Of a stretch of DNA of 22,046 nt, positions 17,612-22,046 are shown in pieces. This stretch comes from Candidatus Poribacteria bacterium (lineage in GTDB: Bacteria > Poribacteria > WGA-4E > UBA9662). The stretch's first letter is position 1; every line of letters starts with the position of its first letter. The notes beneath the pieces were generated by a model. It was not told the DNA's origin. It was given only the letters and a program-made list of their open reading frames with translations, and ran no database searches. The stretch lies in NCBI GenBank assembly GCA_046582655.1, contig JAYGDX010000321.1, positions 1-22,046 of the forward strand, read 5' to 3'. The position numbers and the translations under genes were made by a program.

Positions 17612-18199
17612 TTGGATATCATAGATTTACAACAAATTAATGTAAAAGTCTTTGTTACGGAAGATAGTCATATACACTACCAGAATTTTATCAAGGTCTT
17701 TAATAAATGGATGGAAGAAGCCGATCATGATGATTATCTGAATTATGCTGATTACTCTTTCACTCATGCTGGGCCGGGGGTTTTGCTCATTTCTAAGCAT
17801 TCAAATTATAGTATTGATAATGCCCAGAACCGTCACGGTTTCCTCTACAACCGCAAGCACGCAGTAGAAGGGGATAATGAGCAAAAGATTAATAGGGCTT
17901 TTATCGAAACTTTTCAGAAGTGCCAAAAACTGGAACAGGAGGGCGACCTTGAAAACGAAGTCAGTTTCAATGGAAGCGAAATCCTGTTTATGGTTAACAA
18001 TCGACACCTAGCTCCCAATACTCAGGAAACTTTCGAGACCGTAAAACTTGCATTATTCCCTGTTCTTGAAAGGATATATGGTCACACGGATTTTACGCTT
18101 GAGAGAGCATCTGAAGATTCACGCGAGCGATTCGCAGTCCAAATTTCCGCCACTTCAAATTTAGGAATTTCTAGTCTTCTTGATAACCTAGAGAAATAA
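17612..18199 (+). CDS. Conserved-looking hypothetical protein downstream of the reductase
   Basis: 195-aa ORF (TTG start) filling the gap between the reductase and moeB; motif-like segments FIKVFNKW, ADYSFTHAGPGVLL, NYSID and GFLYNRK. Confidence 0.75.
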   Translation: MDIIDLQQINVKVFVTEDSHIHYQNFIKVFNKWMEEADHDDYLNYADYSFTHAGPGVLLISKHSNYSIDNAQNRHGFLYNRKHAVEGDNEQKINRAFIETFQKCQKLEQEGDLENEVSFNGSEILFMVNNRHLAPNTQETFETVKLALFPVLERIYGHTDFTLERASEDSRERFAVQISATSNLGISSLLDNLEK

Positions 18200-18263
18200 T
18201 ATTTACGGTTTTGACTCCTTCCACGTTCCTATCCAAATTTAGCAATTATTAAGGATCTATTAA

Positions 18264-19070
18264 GTGTTTAATTTTAGTAATGAACAAATCGAGAGGTATA
18301 GTCGGCATATTATCCTCAAGGAAGTTGGTGGAACGGGGCAAACAAAACTTCTTGAGTCTAAAGTGCTTCTGATTGGTGCGGGAGGCCTTGGTTCACCCGC
18401 AGCAATCTATCTGGCAGCAGCTGGGGTTGGAACTTTGGGGATTATCGATATGGATGTAGTCGATTTGAGCAACCTTCAACGGCAGATTCTGCATGGAACT
18501 AGTGACATTGGTCGCCCAAAAACTGAGTCAGCCATGGAAACAATTGCGGATATTAATCCGGATGTCGAAGTAATTCCGCATACAGACCGTATATCTGCCG
18601 AAAATGCACTGGAACTTATTGAAAAATATGATCTTGTTCTTGATGGTTGCGATAATTTTCCTACCCGTTACTTAATTAACGATGCCTGTGTAATGCTTGG
18701 AAAACCAAATGTACATGGTAGTATTTTCCAATTTGAAGGGCAGGCAACCGTTTTCTCTCCAAGGAAAGGACCCTGTTATCGGTGCCTTTATCCTGTTCCT
18801 CCCCCTCCTGGCATGGCACCTAGTTGTCAGGAGGCGGGTGTCTTAGGTGTTCTCCCAGGAATAGTTGGCAATGTGCAAGCAATCGAAGCAATCAAGGTAT
18901 TATTGGACATTGGGAGACCGCTTATCGGTCACCTGCTGCTTTTTAATGCCTTGAACATGGAGTTTAAGAAATTAAAACTCCGGCAAGATCCTGAATGCCC
19001 AATTTGTGGTGAAAATCCAACCATCCACGAATTGATTAATTATGAGGAATTCTGTCAGGTGAATTGGTAG
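18264..19070 (+). CDS. moeB: MoeB/ThiF-family (E1-like) sulfur-carrier adenylyltransferase, without a rhodanese domain
   Basis: ERYSRHIIL, GAGGLGSP, DVVDLSNLQRQILH, DGCDNFPTRYLIND, CYRC and CPIC zinc pairs, PSCQEAGVLG; RBS AAGGA before GTG. Confidence 0.92.
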   Translation: MFNFSNEQIERYSRHIILKEVGGTGQTKLLESKVLLIGAGGLGSPAAIYLAAAGVGTLGIIDMDVVDLSNLQRQILHGTSDIGRPKTESAMETIADINPDVEVIPHTDRISAENALELIEKYDLVLDGCDNFPTRYLINDACVMLGKPNVHGSIFQFEGQATVFSPRKGPCYRCLYPVPPPPGMAPSCQEAGVLGVLPGIVGNVQAIEAIKVLLDIGRPLIGHLLLFNALNMEFKKLKLRQDPECPICGENPTIHELINYEEFCQVNW

Positions 19071-19114
19071 TTTGTTCTGTTATTAGATTGACTATCTTTC
19101 TCTTTCCCCAATAG

Positions 19115-19381
19115 ATTTTCTGTTCTTCAGGTGTATACGAAAATACAAAACAACTTGGGGAAGATGAAAAAATCCCGGCAATATTCGAACCTAGCCGGTC
19201 TTGTGACGGCTGGATTGCTGCAGGACAATATGTTTCCTTCAAGTTCTCGTCTAAACAGGTTGAAGCACTCAAAAGCAAGAATACTAAGGTCTGTGTTATC
19301 ATAGATTATCCAAACTATCAAGAAAAAACAGAAATTTCATCTGTGATTAGAGAGGAATTTATTAAAGATCTTTGTTTCTAA
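19115..19381 (+). pseudogene. Start-less fragment resembling the C-terminal half of a DUF3501-family protein
   Basis: 88 open codons between TAG 19112-19114 and TAA 19379-19381: ...QLGEDEKIPAIFEPSRSCDGWIAAGQYVSFKFSSKQVEALKSKNTKVCVIIDYPNYQEKTEISSVIREEFIKDLCF. No usable start codon. Family assignment is from my recollection of DUF3501 motifs. Confidence 0.6.
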
Positions 19382-21119
19382 TTGGAGGGGAAGTTCGGGT
19401 CAAGAAAATTACGTCAATTCGGCGATTTTTATCTCTCCCCGTTTTGTTTATGTTGGTTGCAATTGGATTTTTCTCACCCAAACCAACCGCGGTTAAATTG
19501 TCTTTTGACAAATTACTTTCCTTCAACAAATACTTCATAAATACGTTAACTCTTCTTTCAGTTAGTTTTTTGTTTTCAACTGCATCACCGATACTATCAC
19601 TATGCGATTCAACTCGGATTTTTAAGTTGGAAAATTCCTCTATTATCCGTCCAAGTTGCTTAATTATGGAAAAGTATTTCTGATTTAGTTTAGCACTTCC
19701 AGATTCGAAAACATCTTTACTGAATCGGATTAAAACCCCATTGGGGTTGCGATTAATTTCTACCGATCCAATTTTCTTAATCTGTTTTACTGCTTGAACA
19801 ATCTGAGTCTCAAGCGTATCCAGTCTCTGAGCATTTTTGATGGATAATTTGAGCTGATTAATGCTTTTCTGAGCATTTTCGATAGCTTTGTCGTAGTTGT
19901 TCGATTTCAGAGCCTTCTGTGCCTGATCGAGTAGTAATTTTGACTTATTATATCCGTTCGGGTCAAGATTTATAGCTAAATCAATGTCTTGATTGAATGT
20001 TTCTTCGGCTTTAAAGATCATATCCTTTGCTTGTGCAATTTTTTCTTCCAGTGCTTCCTGTTCTAGGCGCAGCTTTTCAGCTGTGTTAGATATAACATAG
20101 GCTTGGTTGGCTTGTTCCTTGGATTGATTGGCATAATCAATTGCGTGATCATAGTTTTCCAAACGCATGGCGTTATTCGCTTGTTCTGACAGCCGTTTTG
20201 CCTTTGTTATCAAATCCTTGGCATGGATTAATGCATTAACTCGCTCAGCCTTCCTAATCTCCTCTCTAGCATAAGATACAACAAAGTTAGCTTTGGCATA
20301 TGCTTGTGACTGACTTGCTTGTGCATCTGTTAATCCATTAATTGCCATTGTTCTTGCAATTCGTGCGGTTTGCTCAGCTTGCACTGCAATTTCTGAGGCC
20401 TGATCAAGTTGTCCTTGCGACAAGAAAAAAACAGATTGATTCAACTGTTTTTCAGCAGTTTGATAATCAGTTAGTGCGTAAGCTAGCGCTCCTAGATCTT
20501 TTGCTGTATCAAGGACACTCTGAGCTTGATCGATTTGAGTTTGGACGCGTGCTGTTGCTATAGCAGCAGTAGATTCTCGTCTCGACTGTATTGCCTCGGC
20601 TTCAGCTTGATTGGCCCGCTCTTCTGCCTGTGTTTCCCTGACTTCAGCTTGATGGGCCCGCTCTTCTGCAATCATTTTCCCTGTTTCAGCGATTTGGATT
20701 TCATACTCCATTCCTAGAACCATGGCACGCAAGTCTGCTTGGTACACCTGATCGATTTTTTGTTTGGCACGTTGTTCTCGAGCGTAAGCCTCAGCAAGTT
20801 GCGCTTGCATCTGGCCACGGAACGCTAAATCTATACTCTGCACGCTTTGATTAGTATCTCTTGCTTGTCGCGCTTGATCGAGAAAATCTCTGGCCCTATT
20901 CAATCTTTCTCTAGCGAACTTGGCCGCGTCCAAGTTTTCAGCTTGATTAATCGCATTTTGTGCATTTATGATGTTGTTTTCTAGTTCTATTGGATCAACA
21001 GATACACCACAGCCTACGTATGCAATAAATACATAGCAGGCAATAATAACACGACAAAATAGCTTAACCACAAGATTCCTTGGTTCAGAAAACCCAAGAT
21101 TTATTTCGGAGTAGTGCAA
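19362..21119 (-). CDS. OmpA-like peptidoglycan-binding protein with four DUF4398-like helical repeats; probable lipoprotein
   Basis: C-terminal FESGSAKL, RVESHSDSIG, NKKLTERR, GLGEKNPIATN, KNRRIDV; Ala/Gln-rich helical repeats. The likely true start is GTG 21071 (AGGA RBS), giving a hydrophobic signal with a YVGC lipobox. Confidence 0.88.
   Translation of the reverse strand: MHYSEINLGFSEPRNLVVKLFCRVIIACYVFIAYVGCGVSVDPIELENNIINAQNAINQAENLDAAKFARERLNRARDFLDQARQARDTNQSVQSIDLAFRGQMQAQLAEAYAREQRAKQKIDQVYQADLRAMVLGMEYEIQIAETGKMIAEERAHQAEVRETQAEERANQAEAEAIQSRRESTAAIATARVQTQIDQAQSVLDTAKDLGALAYALTDYQTAEKQLNQSVFFLSQGQLDQASEIAVQAEQTARIARTMAINGLTDAQASQSQAYAKANFVVSYAREEIRKAERVNALIHAKDLITKAKRLSEQANNAMRLENYDHAIDYANQSKEQANQAYVISNTAEKLRLEQEALEEKIAQAKDMIFKAEETFNQDIDLAINLDPNGYNKSKLLLDQAQKALKSNNYDKAIENAQKSINQLKLSIKNAQRLDTLETQIVQAVKQIKKIGSVEINRNPNGVLIRFSKDVFESGSAKLNQKYFSIIKQLGRIIEEFSNLKIRVESHSDSIGDAVENKKLTERRVNVFMKYLLKESNLSKDNLTAVGLGEKNPIATNINKTGRDKNRRIDVIFLTRTSPPIRNKDL
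20600..20669. repeat. 28-bp intragenic direct repeat with 42-nt period
   Basis: CTTCAGCTTGATTGGCCCGCTCTTCTGC (20600-20627) and CTTCAGCTTGATGGGCCCGCTCTTCTGC (20642-20669), one mismatch; encodes AEERAHQAE / AEERANQAE. Confidence 0.85.
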
Positions 21120-21131
21120 TTGATAATCCTT

Positions 21132-21557
21132 TCAATTCCGACCAAATTGAGATTTTAATTCTTCGAGTTGGGCCTCTATCCTTTCCAGTTCACGACGCGT
21201 TGTTTCTGTAATATCTAATTGAGCGGCTAACTCTTTTTTAGCTTCAGTTGCTTCCTTTTCTGCCCGGTCTGCGGTGATAATCGCTTCAGACACGGTAGCC
21301 TTTAAATGAGCTCGCATAGCAAATCGATAAGCCTCGCGATTCTTGCCAGATGCCATTAATTCACCCGCACGATCAAGCAATTGTTGAGCTTCTAATAGCT
21401 CCTTACTTGTGGTTTCTTCGGCCCCCGCCTTCTTAGCCAACTGAATTTGAGTTTGGGCATCAGAAACGGCATCCACCATGATCTGACTTGATTTTGTTGA
21501 ACATCCTATCAAAATGAAAAGATGTATAAGTAAAACCACTCCTAATTTTTTCACCAT
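21132..21557 (-). CDS. DUF4398-domain lipoprotein
   Basis: Lipobox LIGC; DAQTQIQLAKKAGAEE...ELLEAQQLLDRA...EAYRFAMRAHLKA pattern; coiled-coil C-terminus; directly upstream of the OmpA-like gene. Confidence 0.8.
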   Translation of the reverse strand: MVKKLGVVLLIHLFILIGCSTKSSQIMVDAVSDAQTQIQLAKKAGAEETTSKELLEAQQLLDRAGELMASGKNREAYRFAMRAHLKATVSEAIITADRAEKEATEAKKELAAQLDITETTRRELERIEAQLEELKSQFGRN

Positions 21558-21749
21558 AAGCCACTTCCGACAAAATTTTAATTACATTACTGATATCCGT
21601 CAACAAGAAATTACTTGCATTTTAAATTGATATGCCATAGGAATAAAGTGTAAATCTAATGGAAATTTCAAATAAGAATTGTGCATGCACGATCTTTGCC
21701 AGATAGTTCATGTTTATGCAATCTCCTTTTAGGGAAGTTACTCTTCAGC

Positions 21750-22046
21750 TTATGGTTGCCACCAGTAAGTCATTTTAACAATAAATGTTGATTCTGATGA
21801 ACTATCTGGTTCACCAACGCTTTCATGAATCTGATTAAAAACGAAGTAGAAATCGCTACCGGGTCGATAAATATAGTTCAGTAACAAATTGGTAGATACC
21901 ATATTATTATCGTTATTCCACTGTGCAAATAGCTTGGCAAACAACGTGGTCGAAATCGAGTAGCTCAAACGTGTGCTCAGTATACTTGCATTAAATGATT
22001 CAGTGCCAAGCTCAACCTGATTGAATTCATATCCGGATTGAAAACT
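21750..22046 (-). CDS. C-terminal part of an outer-membrane beta-barrel protein (DUF5916/CBM9-associated type); continues beyond the window
   Basis: The frame is open from the window end: SFQSGYEFNQVELG...STRLSYSISTTLFAKLFAQWN...NLLLNYIYRPGSDFYFVFNQ...FIVKMTYWWQP*, with alternating amphipathic strands. Confidence 0.7.
   Translation of the reverse strand, partial: SFQSGYEFNQVELGTESFNASILSTRLSYSISTTLFAKLFAQWNNDNNMVSTNLLLNYIYRPGSDFYFVFNQIHESVGEPDSSSESTFIVKMTYWWQP

Noticed and set aside
19036..19321. Minus-strand ORFs 19036..19302 and 19127..19321 as a missing ThiS/MoaD sulfur carrier
   Set aside because: No ubiquitin-like pattern or C-terminal GG; they are antisense to the DUF3501-like fragment
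1193..20717. Numerous 60-115 aa ORFs nested in or antisense to the long genes
   Set aside because: They lie within well-supported CDSs and show no family motifs; treated as shadow ORFs
21072..21119. TTG start at 21119 for the OmpA-like protein
   Set aside because: GTG at 21071 has an AGGA RBS and puts the hydrophobic signal and lipobox at the N-terminus, so the extra 16 codons are probably untranslated
1..22046. CRISPR arrays, tRNA/rRNA, IS elements, prophage or defence genes
   Set aside because: No regularly spaced repeats, cloverleafs, transposase or integrase motifs were seen. The HEPN-like domain in the reductase shows no obvious RxxxxH nuclease motif at the expected C-terminal position, so I do not call it a toxin

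Overview
A gene-dense 22 kb chromosomal window from a moderately AT-rich diderm bacterium (it carries an OmpA-domain protein, lipoproteins and an outer-membrane beta-barrel C-terminus). The gene mix is reminiscent of Poribacteria/Planctomycetes-type organisms, but that is only an impression. Contents in order: (1) a FadR/YsiA-like TetR regulator with a perfect sigma70 promoter overlapped by a 30-bp operator palindrome, followed by a redoxin + c-heme + copper-monooxygenase fusion and a small PH-like protein; (2) an Xaa-Pro aminopeptidase and a Tat-exported DUF4159 protein; (3) trpE-trpG preceded by an unannotated Trp-rich leader peptide with a complete terminator/antiterminator attenuator; (4) a polar amino acid ABC transporter operon ending in a signal-peptide-bearing DmpA/BapA peptidase; (5) a glycoside-hydrolase-like TIM barrel and a sugar-phosphate isomerase/epimerase; (6) a candidate sulfur-relay locus made of a siroheme sulfite/nitrite reductase fused to a TusA domain, an uncharacterised protein and a MoeB/ThiF E1-like enzyme, then a start-less DUF3501-like fragment; (7) a DUF4398 lipoprotein and a four-repeat DUF4398-OmpA protein; (8) the 3' end of a DUF5916-like beta-barrel gene. 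I recognised no rRNA, tRNA, CRISPR array or transposase. All family calls come from motif recognition, not database searches.
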